From contig JARDVH010000121.1 in the NCBI GenBank assembly GCA_030324005.1, positions 46,819,140 through 46,883,139 on the forward strand: a stretch of DNA of 64,000 nt, read 5' to 3'. The DNA is from Negaprion brevirostris. Its lineage: Eukaryota. A model generated the notes under the pieces. It was not told the DNA's origin and did not search any database. It was given only the letters and a program-made list of their open reading frames with translations. This document shows, one piece after another, positions 52,050-63,648 of the stretch. Positions within the stretch are counted from its first letter, which is position 1; each line of letters begins with the position of its first letter. The position numbers were made by a program, and so were the translations under genes.

Positions 52050-53250
52050 TGGAAATTATAAATATATTAAATGTTAAAATGAACATATGTTCTTAACTGA
52101 ATATACAAAAGAGATAATGATTTGATAATGCCAAATATGTCAAATTACATGCAAGACACTGGCTCTGGTAAGATGTGCAATATACAAACATGTTAAAATG
52201 TTGACTATGAAAAATACTAGCTCCATAATATACATTTTGATATACAAATATATATTTATAAATATTAAAATACAGAGCATCTTAAAATACCAGGCAGTTA
52301 ACTTGATTTAAGAATGTATCAGATAGCAAATAATTTTCATAATTAGCTTTTTATAAGCTAAGTAAGGTTCAAAGCAGAAGAAGTGAAGGTACACTGTGTA
52401 AAATCACAGATGTGAAGAAAACTGCTGAAGATGCAAAATGATCAAATGTAAATGATTAAAAATTATAGATGTGTAAGAATACTGGGTATAAAAACACTGA
52501 AGCTATAAAAACACAGATGTGTAAATTAACAGATATTTTGTGATGTTAAATGTATAAAATCCCAACTTTTCAAATGCTTGATATGCAAATTGCTCTATGT
52601 GCAAATATATAAAAATACTGAATGTGTAAAACTACCAAAAATACCAAAACATCAATTTACACTGATGTGTAAGAATATTCGATGTAAAAACAAAAGAAAC
52701 AGGATTTGTTAAAAAAAAAGTTAAATTTTTTAAAAAAATTGACTTAGAATTTTATATCAACTGGTACTTTTCTATGTAGAATATAGAGACAAGTGTGGAA
52801 AATGCCAATGATGTAAAAATATCAGGTATATAAAAATTCTGTGTAAAATTAATAAAAAATGCAACCACACTAGATATATCAAACAGTTGACAATTTAAAA
52901 CAGGGAGTTATGTGAAAATACTGAATGCATTAAGAAATCTACATACTCAGTTTATGAAAATACTAGCAAACAAAAATGGTGAAAACGTAAAAATAGCTGA
53001 TGCTATAATGCAATAACACTGATTACACTGAAATGTTAAATCTGTGCATACAGCAAATATGTTTAAAAACATGGAAAATACTGTGCATAAAATTACAAAC
53101 TTAGTCCAGGATTTTGTTAGGCATGTTATTAGTTTTATAATTTATAAGTATTGGCAATATAAAAAAATATTGAAGATATTCAGCGTCAGATTTGCAAAAG
53201 TGCTGCAATATAAAAGTTTCAGTTGTATAATAACAGAAATAAAGCAAAAA
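52050..53250. repeat. Degenerate ~16-17-bp AT-rich minisatellite (approx. AAAATACTGATGTGTA)
   Basis: aaaattatagatgtgta/agaatactgggtata/aaaacactgaagctata/aaaacacagatgtgta at 52458-52525. Confidence 0.6.
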
Positions 53251-54674
53251 CTGCTCCATTTGTAGAATGCAATGAAAGCCACAGGGTTCCTGCCAGCCTC
53301 CCATAACAATTCTGGCGAAAAAAGCAGGGACCCAGCTGTGCAGTGTCCCCACTGTTTCAGGGTAGTCTTCTAAGGAGCAGATTCACTGCCCACCCCTGAA
53401 AAGGAAAATGACATCTGGGCAGACTCAGGCATGGACCCAGCAGTGGGGATTCCTCATGCTGGGAGTATTTCATCACTAAGTCTCTTAGACTTTCAAATTA
53501 TTTTGTGAAATAAAAATCTTAATACCAAATTATGTTAGGTTAATGTACAAAAATATTGATGCTTCAACAAGTTTCAGCATTTTCAATTCCACAACCATGA
53601 TTAACATAATTAAGAAGTCTCTTTATTTCCCCTTCACAGCTTGACAAGCCTTCTGAAGTAAAATAATTAAATTAATTACAAAATTAAAATTTTAGTCAAA
53701 TCCTGTTTATCCTCCTAGGTCTTTGATGGGGTTGTTCATGATTTTGACTTACACTGCTGGAGGTGAGCTACTGGTAAACTCCATCTTTTACTGAATATTA
53801 TACAATCGATGAACAGTGCAGACTCAGCTCGAAATTCTACATAGAACTGTGTTTCTCCATGTGTTATTTGTCATGTAATCTTATGTTATTGATGATGTGG
53901 ACTATATATTTACATATTTGACATGAATCCTTTAAACTGCATCTCTCCCCAAGTCTCTGTTTCCCATACATAGATTATTTACATTTATCTACATCTCTCT
54001 CCCCACCCCTTCCCCGCCCATTCAAGTCTTTTCATTCATCTATGCTTCACAGGGATAAACATTTTACCAATGTGCTCTGTCTTGTTCTCACCTCTCGGAG
54101 ATTTCATACGATTCATGTTCCCCCATGTTTTCCTTTGAATTTTGTAGGGTATTATGTAAATCATCAGAGACTATTGGTTTTCTGTTCAGATTGTCTTCTT
54201 CATCATAACGTTGGTTAGTCCATTCCGTTGATGGTCTTCTTGTGCATATATTAGCGTGCTTCTGTTTCTATCCTATTTTCAGTCTCCATGAGATAAGATT
54301 TCAGATTTTGTGTCTTTCCCAGTACATGGTCTTCTTGATTCTGTTCTCTAATCCAGACTGGTTAGAGAACTGGTAAAACATGCACCCTGTGGTGTTGATT
54401 GAGGTTTCTAGTTTGGTTTACTCTCCTTCTCCTTTACTCTCCCTACATCAGTTGGTTTTTTTTTCAGGGCATGAGAGTTTGTGGAAGACCAGGAAATTGA
54501 ATCTGCAGTCTTCACGTCAGAAGTACTGACATAGCCAAACTATTCCAAAGTAGTGTGGAACAGTACCTCAGCAAACCTAAGTTATATCATCATTCTTTTT
54601 CATCAAAGCTTTTACCATTCTTACTTTTTGTTCTGGCCTCTCCATCTGCTTGTGTATCTGGGTAAAATAATTAC

Positions 54675-55195
54675 GATTTGATTTGACTTATTTTTGTCAG
54701 TTTGTTACATACAGTGAAAAGTATTGTTTCTTGCATGCTATACAGACAAAGCATACCATTTGTAGAGAAGAAGATGAGAGAGTGCAGAATGTAGTGTTAC
54801 AGTCATAACTAGGGCATAGAAAAAGATCAATTTAATGCCAGGTCAAAAGTCTGATGGCAGTGGGGAAGAAGCTGTTCTCGAGTCGGTTGGTACGTGACCT
54901 CAGATTTTTGTAACTTTTTCCTGACGTAAGAAGATAGAAGAGAAAATGTGTAGGCTGCATAGGGTCCTTAATTATGCTGGTTTCTTTGCCAAGGCAGCAG
55001 GAAGTGTAGAAGAATCAGTGGGGGTGAGGCTGGTTTGCATGTTGGACGGGGCTTCATTCATGACTGTTTGTAGTTTCTTGCAGTCTTGGGCAGAGCAGGA
55101 GCCATACCAAGCTGTGATACAACCAGAAAGAATGCTTTCTATGGTGCATCTGTAAAAGGTGAGAGTCGTAGCTGACATGCCAAATTTCCTTAGTC
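54675..55195 (-). mobile_element. Rex1/Babar LINE 3' fragment
   Basis: FYRCTIESILSGCITAWYGSCSAQDCKKLQ; (tcaaa)n-type tail. Confidence 0.85.
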
Positions 55196-55237
55196 TTTTA
55201 GCCTTGCTTATGTTATCAATGGAAATAGATAAGGAAA

Positions 55238-55612
55238 GGCAATAATGGTATTATCGCTTGACTATTAATACAGAAACTCAGCTAATGTTCTGGGGGCCCA
55301 GTTTCGAATCCCGCAACTGGTGAAATTTGAAATTAATTTTAAAAATCTGGAATTAAGAATCTACTGGTGACCATGAGATCACTGTTGATCGTTGGGAAAA
55401 CCACATCTGATTCACTAATGTCCTTTAGGGAAGGAAATATGCCGTCCTTACCCGGTCTGGCCTACATGTGACTCCAGAGCCAAAGCAATGTGGTTGACTC
55501 TCAACTGCCCTTTGAAATGGCCTGACAAGCCACTCAGTTTCTAGAACAACTAGGGATGGGCAATAAATCTTGGCCCAGCCAACAATGCCAATGTCCCACA
55601 AATGAATAAAAA
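55238..55612 (+). mobile_element. Deu-domain SINE, near full length
   Basis: Colinear with 19466-19860. Confidence 0.75.
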
Positions 55613-56020
55613 AGAAATTGAGAGAAAAAAAATTGAGGCAGTTGTGTAATCTGGGTTTTTTTCTCTGCAAAATGGGTAACAACATAGGGTTGGATGAATC
55701 ATCTCATTGCTTGTCTGCTGCATAATCACTGGTTTGGCTTTGGTCCTCGCACCATGAGAAATAAATAGTTACCAAGACCACTTAGTGCTCTGTATGACAA
55801 GCATAACAGTTTTAGTTTCTGTAAGCTCTTCATAATGGAAGCAATGTTCCAGTGTGGCAGCAGCCAAGACAATGAAAATGTAAAACAACCTTGAGAGATG
55901 ACAGACAGCACTAAATATCATCCTGTCAGAAAGCCAAATCAAATCTGCCCGATCTATAAAAACAGCTTGCATTTGACCAACTAGCCAATGCTAATAGTAA
56001 GGTCCCTTAATAATGTCTTG

Positions 56021-56312
56021 AGGCGGCATAGTGGTTAACACTGCTGCATCACACCACCAGGGACCCAGTTTCGATTCCCAGTCACTGTGTGAAGTCTGCA
56101 TGTTCTCCCCATGTCTGCATGGGTTTCCTCTGGGTGCACCAGTTTCCTTCCGCAGTCCAAAACACATGCTGGTTAGGTGCACTGGCCATGCTAAATTCTC
56201 CCTCAGTGTATCCGAACAGGCGCCAGAGTGTGCCGGCTAGAGGATTTTTACAGTAACTTCATTGCAGTGTTAATGTAAGCCCACTTGTGACACTAATAAA
56301 TAAATGAATAAA
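56021..56312 (+). mobile_element. V-SINE, tail B
   Basis: ggcggcatagtggttaacactgctgc ... cagtaacttcattgcagtgttaatgtaagcccacttgtgacactaataaa. Confidence 0.85.
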
Positions 56313-56789
56313 CAAAATAAGTTACTTTTCTAAGTAGGGAAATTAAAAGCTGGTCCCTCGCTCCCTGCCACCGTCCCAGCAATCTCCCACCCCAACACCC
56401 CCCGACCCTTGCCCCGCTACCCAAGGCAGGTGAGGCGCTCTTTAAGTGAACTCCTAACCGTATTGATAGTGTTGTCTACATTTTGCATAAGTTGCAAAAA
56501 TCCAGCTGTTGCCCAGTATCCTGTGGAAATGCTGATTAGTACATGCTGATTAGTACTCTAAACAGCAATCCGAAAGCCCCCAACTATAACCTACAGCCTG
56601 CTCAGAAAGGAAAACGCTTATCGATGGCTTTCCTCCAGCACCATTCCTCTCAGGTTCCCTGCATGGGGTTGGACACACGGTTGAAGGCTTGCTTCTCTGT
56701 GGTATCTGTCCAAATGGACACATGCCTGGGATTGTTAGAAACTAGAGCCATTCTGCACAGTATAAAAGAACTCTGATGTGGGAACACAG

Positions 56790-57150
56790 CATTCATAGAA
56801 TTATTCACTGCAGAAGAGATCCTTCGGCCCATCGAGTCTGCAGTAACACATTAGGCACACCTGAATTCCCACCTAATCTCATCTTCTAGCACTTGGCCCA
56901 TTGCCCTGAATGTTATGATGGGCCAAGTGCTCATCCAGATACTTTTTAAAGGATGTGAGGCAGCTAGCCTCTATCACCTCCCAGGCAGCACATTCCAGAG
57001 CATCACCACCCTCTGGGTAAAAAGATTTTTCCTCACATCCCCTATAAACCTCCTACTCCTCACCCTGAGCCTATCTGCACGCTTGACTGACCCTGCAACT
57101 AAAAGGAACAGCTGCTCCTTTTCCTTACTGACAGTGTCCCTCATAATCTT
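56790..57150 (-). mobile_element. CR1/HER1 LINE 3' end
   Basis: catagaattattcactgcagaagagatccttcggcccatcgagtctgc...gcacttggccc...; matches 6970-7110 in reverse. Confidence 0.8.
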
Positions 57151-57445
57151 CTAAGTGGTGAGGCAACTTCTAAATTGGCAACAATTTTAAACAGTTCCTG
57201 GAGACGTCTGAATCACTTAGTTGAGGATTCTATGTTGACATTCTTAAGTTGGTAGGATGGAGTTGTGTGTACCTCCTTACCAAGGCTTAGAAAGGGCCAG
57301 GAAATGACGTAAACTAAAAAGCTGACCTCAGGTTGGCAGACAGGAAGAGAGGTGACCATCCCGACATCTTGGTGGTGTCCATTCGATAGAGGGGCTTGAA
57401 CAGATGACTGACGCCAGGTAAACTTTCTGCCCCCCGGAAATACAG

Positions 57446-57592
57446 CAGGAGGGGTAGGGGTAGCAAAGCCATCACCTGGAAGAAGACCAAGAAATTCCTG
57501 ACATCTCTGCTGACCCGAGAAAGAAAATGAAGGAAGGAAGGAAGACTACTGTCAGAGATCAGCCGCATCCGTTTGTCCGTCCTCGGGGTTCG
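57446..57592 (+). other. Candidate exon of plus-strand transcript (possible start MKEGRKTTVRDQPHPFVRPRGS)
   Basis: Acceptor-like ctttctgccccccggaaatacAG, ATG with A at -3, donor CG|GTAAAC, then an 87-nt intron to the next acceptor. Confidence 0.3.
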
Positions 57593-57679
57593 GTAAACTG
57601 CTTTCGACTGTCACAGGTCACACACTTTCTCCATCTCATTAATTAATACGTCGCAGTGAATTTTCCCATTCTGCTACAG

Positions 57680-57691
57680 GAACCACAGCAG
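57680..57691 (+). other. Candidate 12-nt microexon GAACCACAGCAG
   Basis: ttttcccattctgctacAG acceptor and CAG|GTGAGT donor. Confidence 0.4.
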
Positions 57692-58113
57692 GTGAGTGGT
57701 GAAACAAGGAGTGGTCCACTGACTTCAGGCAGGGTTTTCCAGTTTTGGGGCCAGCGCAGCTGGAAAATCTCACTCATCATATCTAAACAGTTACTTCTTA
57801 CTAAATTGAACAAACTATCTTAAAGTTACTTACAAATAGCCAACTGGCCATCTTAGTACCTATGGCCCCCAAATCCAAAATTTACAAAGTTGGGGGTGTA
57901 AAATTGAGGCAGAAAAACCAGTTTCAACCCTTCCTTCCCTTTTGTAAGTCTGTCCTTCCAAAAGGGTGGGGGGGGTGTTGGCGGGTGGGGAGGGTCGGAG
58001 GGCGGGGGGGAGGGNNNNNNNNNNNNNNNNNNNNNNNNNNNNNNNNNNNNNNNNNNNNNNNNNNNNNNNNNNNNNNNNNNNNNNNNNNNNNNNNNNNNNN
58101 NNNNNNNNNNNNN

Positions 58114-58230
58114 NAGAGCAGGAGCCATACCAAGCTGTGATACAACCAGAAAGAATGCTTTCTATGGTGCATCTGTAAAAGGTGGTGAGAGTCATAGCTG
58201 ACATGCTAAATTTCATTAGCTTTTTGAGAA
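58114..58230 (-). mobile_element. Rex1/Babar LINE fragment abutting gap
   Basis: FYRCTIESILSGCITAWYGSCS. Confidence 0.8.
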
Positions 58231-58255
58231 AGTACGAGGAAAAATTCATAGATTT

Positions 58256-58795
58256 CTAGAACCATTGATTCACAAACTGTTGGCTACTGTCTACAGAGTT
58301 AGGAATGCCTGTAAAAATTTCTTTTTGTGAATTAATGTCTGTTTCTGAGAGTGTACCACAAAGACATTTAACCTTAATCCATCTGGAGTAATAGTCAACA
58401 ACTCTGAGAAATGTCTTCCCCTTGAGTTCAAAAAGGCCCGTTCCGAGACATTCCCGAGGTCTGGGTAGGAATGAGGATACCATCAGCAGTCCTTTTTGCT
58501 CTTGGCAATGGAATGCTCAGGTTATGCAGCTGAAGATAATTTCCTCCAGCGATTTTGGGATTCCTGGCAGTCAGACTGAATGTTATGCCCTAGCATGACA
58601 CTTCGTAATGCCGAGATGCCCCTGGTGTATTCAATGAAGAATCTCGAGTCTGAAGATTCTCAGCACGACCAACTTGACATCATAAGTTTGCAAATCGTCT
58701 GCGACACTGGGATGTCTTCATTGCTTGAAGTATTAGTTTAGGATGATATTGTTTGTGACATGTTCTGGCCATCTGCTTTTGCAATATCCTCTAAT
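58256..58795 (-). mobile_element. Ty3/Gypsy LTR retrotransposon integrase remnant with stops
   Basis: IHQGHLGITKC..RA (H2C2 zinc finger) then LFELKGKTFLRVVDYYSRW (rve core start). Confidence 0.8.
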
Positions 58796-59145
58796 TTTAA
58801 ACATTGTTCACATGATTTTTGTACTTGTCAGATTTTAAGCTGGTAGGAATTTTGTAGTCCGAGGTATATAATTCTGTATTCTTATATCCTCCTGACCTTC
58901 CAACAGGAATGTATGACAATGTATCTGTTGCTATTTGCTTTGGACCTGTTCGCCCAATGGTTTTTTTGCTTAATACCAGCTTCTCTTTCACCTAATGGAC
59001 TTTTGTTTCCTTCACCTGCTGTTTTTGAAAAAGATTTTGTTGCTCCTGCTTCAGGCCACTTGTTTGATCCTTCTCAAGACCTCTCAATAATTCTGGAAAT
59101 TATGTCCTGTTGAATTTTTCTCAGCTTCCCAATTCATCAATTTTA

Positions 59146-59282
59146 TGATAAAAGCAAAATACTGCAGATGCTGGAATCTGAAACAAAAACTGAAAATGCT
59201 GGAAAACCTCAGCAGGTCTGACAGCATCTGTGGAAAGAGAATAGAGCCAACATTTCGAGTCTGGATGATCCTTCGTCAGAGT
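59146..59282 (-). mobile_element. Penelope-like element terminus
   Basis: aaaagcaaaatactgcagatgctggaatctgaaacaaaaactgaaaatgctggaaaacctcagcaggtctgacagcatctgtgg; second copy at 60783. Confidence 0.7.
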
Positions 59283-60084
59283 GGACTTCAGTGCCTGAAT
59301 ATTTTCAACACTTCTGTTTTCATATTTTAATTGCTGGATTGTGCTAAGGTGCCGCAAATGGATCAGCTTCTGGTATTAACTGGTGTTCTTTCTGCACATA
59401 TGAATGCTCTACATGCAGGAAGAAGCAATAAATGTAAGGGTTTTACAAGGGGCATTCAGGGAATAGTTTGACCATTGAATGTTATATATTGTTTCCTGTG
59501 GGATAATGTACATTCGACTGTGAGTGTGACTGAAAAAAAGGCCAAGGATTGACCTGGCTGGTGTAAAATGAAGAGCTGGAAAGAAAATAAATCTCCAAGA
59601 TAAAATAGATCACACAAGTCACCAATTGTCAGGTTGCTTTAGGCAAAGGAATGGATGTAGGGAGATGATTGGAGATCCGAGAAACTTATATTATGAAGTG
59701 GTTTATTGAATATGGAAATCTTTATTCTCTTTTTGTTTTCAATTTGTTTTGAAATATGGGGCTGGAGAATTCTGGCCATGGTTTGTGAGCTATCAAGTTT
59801 TGTTTTAACAAAAAGCTGGGAATCCATTAAGGGCAAGTTCATTGTATTATTAAGATTACATTGGTGGAGGGCACTGATGGATAACATACTTGGGGTACAT
59901 ATAAAGAGAGACTTCTGTTAGTTAAAGAGAAGGCAGACTTCTATATTCTGTAAATAACTCTAGTATTAACTAAAAAATGGGGATCTAGTTTCCTAATTTA
60001 CCATCTGGCTTCAGAATAAATGAACAAAAAGTCCCGAATTTCTCCTGTCTTTTCTCATGACTCAGGCTATTAAGGTCAGGAATC

Positions 60085-60545
60085 AGCTTCATGATGGAAG
60101 AAGTGCCAAGCAAGCGGGTTGCTTTGTCCTGGTTGGTGCCGAGCTTCTTGAGTTTCATTGGAGTTGCACTCATCCAATCAAATGGAGAATATTCCATCAC
60201 CCTCCTGGCTTGGTGGCACAGCGGTTAGCACTGCTGCATCACAAGATCAGGGACTCAAGTTCAATTCCCGGCTTGGGTCACTTCCTGTGTAGAGTCTGCA
60301 CGTCCACCTGTGTCTGTGTGGGTTCCCTCCGGATGCTGCGGTTTCCTCCCACAATCCAAAAGATGTGCTAGTTAGTTGCATTGGCCATGTTAAATTCTCT
60401 CTGTGTACCCGACCAGGCACTGGAGTGTGGCGACTTGGAGATTGCAGTGTTAATGCAAGCCTACTTGTGACACTAATAAATAGACTTAAAAACTTGTACC
60501 TTGGTTAGCCGTTGAGGTACCATGAGCTGAGTAACTCACCACAGA
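60085..60545 (-). mobile_element. L2/CR1-clade LINE fragment interrupted by a SINE
   Basis: MEYSPFDWMSA...KKLGTNQDKA matches the 34870-35430 family; LINE resumes after 60495. Confidence 0.65.
60208..60495 (+). mobile_element. V-SINE, tail B (nested in LINE)
   Basis: ggtggcacagcggttagcactgctgc ... gcctacttgtgacactaataaa. Confidence 0.85.
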
Positions 60546-60619
60546 AAATACTTTATCGACTGAGGAATGCTTGGAGATACTCTGGTAAATGAAAGGCACT
60601 AGATAAATTCAAGTTTGTT

Positions 60620-61158
60620 CATTTTTTCTTCACTTCCTTACTCCACATCACTCTTGCTTTCCTGCAGCTTCTCTCTCCCTTTACCCCTGCTTCTCTCCCT
60701 CACCTTCTCTCCCATCTCTTGACTCTCTTCCCTTCCCTATACCTATCTCTTCCCCTTGCGCTTCAGCAATTTTATTTCTCTGTGATAAAAGCAAAATAAT
60801 GCAGATGCTGGAATCTGAAACAAAAACAGAAAATGCTGGAAAATCTCAGCAGTTCTGACAGCATCTGTGGAGACAGAATAGAATCACCATTTTGCGTCAG
60901 GATGACCCTTCATCAGAGCTGCTGAGATTTTCCAGCATTTTCTGTTTTTGTCTCTTTTTCTGTGTATCCTCCATGTTCTTTCTATTTCCATATTCTCTTT
61001 TTCCTCTTTTCCTCCTGTCTGTATGTCTGTCTCCTGTTTCTCTAATCTCTCCTCTGCTCCTTTTCTCTTCATTGTTCATTCTTTTTTCATTTCTGGTTCT
61101 CTTCCTTTCTCCTGGTTTGTATTCTCCTTTCCTGCTTTTGCCTTGCCCTTCTCTATAG
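60620..61158. repeat. Polypyrimidine low-complexity tract interrupted by a Penelope hairpin
   Basis: CT-rich plus strand on both sides of 60783-60950. Confidence 0.7.
60783..60950. mobile_element. Penelope-like terminus with inverted arm
   Basis: aaaaacagaaaatgctggaaaatctcagcagttctga ... tcagagctgctgagattttccagcattttctgttttt. Confidence 0.75.
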
Positions 61159-61159
61159 G

Positions 61160-61405
61160 TAGCATCGTGACACAGTGGTCACTGTGTGTGCGGAGTCTGC
61201 AAGTTCTCCTCGTGTCTGCGTGGGTTTCTTCTGGGTGCTCCAGTTTCCTCCTGCAGTCTGAGAGACATGCTGGTTAGGTGCATTGGCCATGCTAAATTCT
61301 CCCTCACTGTATCCGAACAGGCACTGGAGTGCACGGGATTTTCACGGTAACTTGATTGCCAAGTTAATGTAAGCCTACTTATTACACTCATAAATGAACT
61401 TAAAA
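61160..61405 (+). mobile_element. V-SINE, tail B, internal deletion in tRNA head
   Basis: gacacagtggtcactgtgtgtgcggagtctgc lacks the A-to-B box segment. Confidence 0.8.
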
Positions 61406-62487
61406 AGCTCTGCTACTTCCATCTTTTTTATGTTTGCCTGCCTCTCTCTTCCCTGCATTTCTGTGTCTCTCACCATAGGAGCAGAATCAGCATGAGTGAC
61501 TGAGTCAGGGGTGGCAAATAGCAAACTCATGCGCACATACACATACCTGCTTCCACAATGCAAAGCAGCACAACATATAAATGGAGAGGTGAAATTTGTC
61601 CACAGCACAATCATTATTCTCCATCTTGTGCTGCTGCCCAGGAGGCAATTTCAGCCCCACGAGCTTTTCTAAACCATGTTGCATTTTTGTCTTATGATCA
61701 TTGCTGTTCCTATCCTGTTGCCCAGTGTTCAGGGACTGCATCTCAAGGTATTATGGTTCTGGACATTCAACCACTGGAAATCAACGTTTAATTTCTTTGG
61801 CAACTTTACTTGAGGACTTTGGGTGTCAAAGACTGAGAAGCGATGAAAAACATTGACAGTGTTTTTTATATTTCTTCTGTGGATGTGGACAACACTTGCA
61901 AATTAATATTTGTTGCCCTATACTAATTATTCTGAGAGCATTAGGATTGAGTTAGGTTTAATGACGATTTAGCAGATGCTATCATTTTTCAGATACTAAC
62001 CAAAAATTTTGCCAGATTTATTGAGGAGGGAGATCGGGGCTTGCAGTGACAATTTGAACTTTTGACCTCTGAGCTGTAAGTCAATAACCAAGAGGACCAG
62101 CAGACATCCTGTGGCATTGCTCATAGTAAATCAAAAATGTGATACAATTGAGACTAGACCAAATGTAGCACTGATGTGAAGCTACACTACACACAAGACC
62201 TTTAACAAATGAGAGATTATTAAAATTTCACATGAAAACAGCCCTGAGAATTAAAAATAGCTGGATCTCTGAAATTTCCAGATATGTGATAATTTTTTTG
62301 TAAAACTATGGACCGATCACAAGATGGAGCAAAAGTTTAGATGTACAAAAAATACACCAAATTTGCAAACTTACTCTCAGAGATTTTCCCTCTTTCGGAA
62401 ATTTCCATTCTTCCAATAAATACCTCAGGAATTCAAATTTACTTAGCAGTTGAGCTAACAAAGTGAGCAGGAATATATTCCTTAAAC

Positions 62488-62560
62488 CAGTGGTTCCCAA
62501 ACTGTGGTTCATGTACCCCTGGCGATCTATGAACCACCTCTTCGGAGTACATGGGAGAAA
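62488..62560 (+). mobile_element. Possible hAT (Charlie-like) transposon end
   Basis: CAGTGGTTCCCAAAC terminal motif; no partner TIR found. Confidence 0.4.
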
Positions 62561-62834
62561 TTGTCTAATAATAATGGATCCCCTCAAGCACTGCTCCACT
62601 TGCATTCACTCTTCCATGTTGCCTTCTTTGTTATCCCCCATTTCTCTCTAACTTGTTACGATTTGCACTAAATTAGGAGCTGCAGACTCCCAGTCACCAG
62701 CATTGATGGCACAATATGCAGTTAATTGAAAGAGTCTTTTGTGTTTGCTGGCAGCGTTTGATGGGGTTTAAATATTTTGGTGCATGGGGCTGTCATTGAC
62801 TCTGTTAAGGTAGTTTCAAGTTCAGAGAAACACT

Positions 62835-62985
62835 TGCCTCAAAGATGTGCTGGTTCAGTGCATTGGTCATGTCAAATTCTCCCTCATGTATCTGGAGTGT
62901 GGCAACCAGGGGATTTTCACAGTAACTTCATTGCATTGTTACTATAAGCCTACTTGTGACACTAATAAAGTAAACTTTAAACTTT
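62835..62985 (+). mobile_element. V-SINE tail B, 5'-truncated
   Basis: aaagatgtgctggttcagtgcattgg...gcctacttgtgacactaataaagtaaactttaaacttt. Confidence 0.8.
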
Positions 62986-63357
62986 GTTATGAACATTACC
63001 AATGCCACCACTACTCAGCTGTCATGAAAGGAGAAAGTCGAGGCAAGTCACAGATGTGCTCTAATGTTCCTCAATGTGTTTAGTTTTATATAAAAATTCC
63101 TGGTTGTTGTTGTCCAAGATTTGCTCCTTCTTTGTGATTGTCTTTTCTCTATCTTTCAAGGTGTTAATTTTGACTTTTAAACTAGTTTTTTGGGAAGAAT
63201 TGAAATTACTTTATGTATTGAAACCAATCATTCTGTTGAAAATCCTGATTTATTTCACCAAATTCACAAGCTGACAGATCTGACCTATTTGTAAAATTGA
63301 TGATTTTTTATTCAGTGTACATGAATCCCAACTTAAATCTGAAACAGGTGACTTGAT

Positions 63358-63648
63358 TGGGCAGCACAGTGGTTGGCACTGCTGCCTCGCAGCAGCAGAG
63401 ACCCAGTTCAGTTCCAACCTTGGGTGACTGTGTGGAGTTTGCACTTTCTCCCCGTGTCTGCGTGGGTTTCCTCCCACAGTCCAAAGATGTGTAGATTAGG
63501 TTGATTGGCCACACCTGAATTGCACCTCAGTGTCGGGGGATTGGCAGCATTAAAAAATACGTGGGCCTGGGGTGGGATTGTTGCCAGTGTGGACTCGATG
63601 GACCAAATGACCTCCTTCTGCACTGTAGGGATTCTATGATTGTATGAA
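63358..63648 (+). mobile_element. HE1-type V-SINE, near full length
   Basis: ggcagcacagtggttggcactgctgcctc...gtctgcgtgggtttcctcccacagtccaaagatgtg...ctgcactgtagggattctatgattgtatga. Confidence 0.9.
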
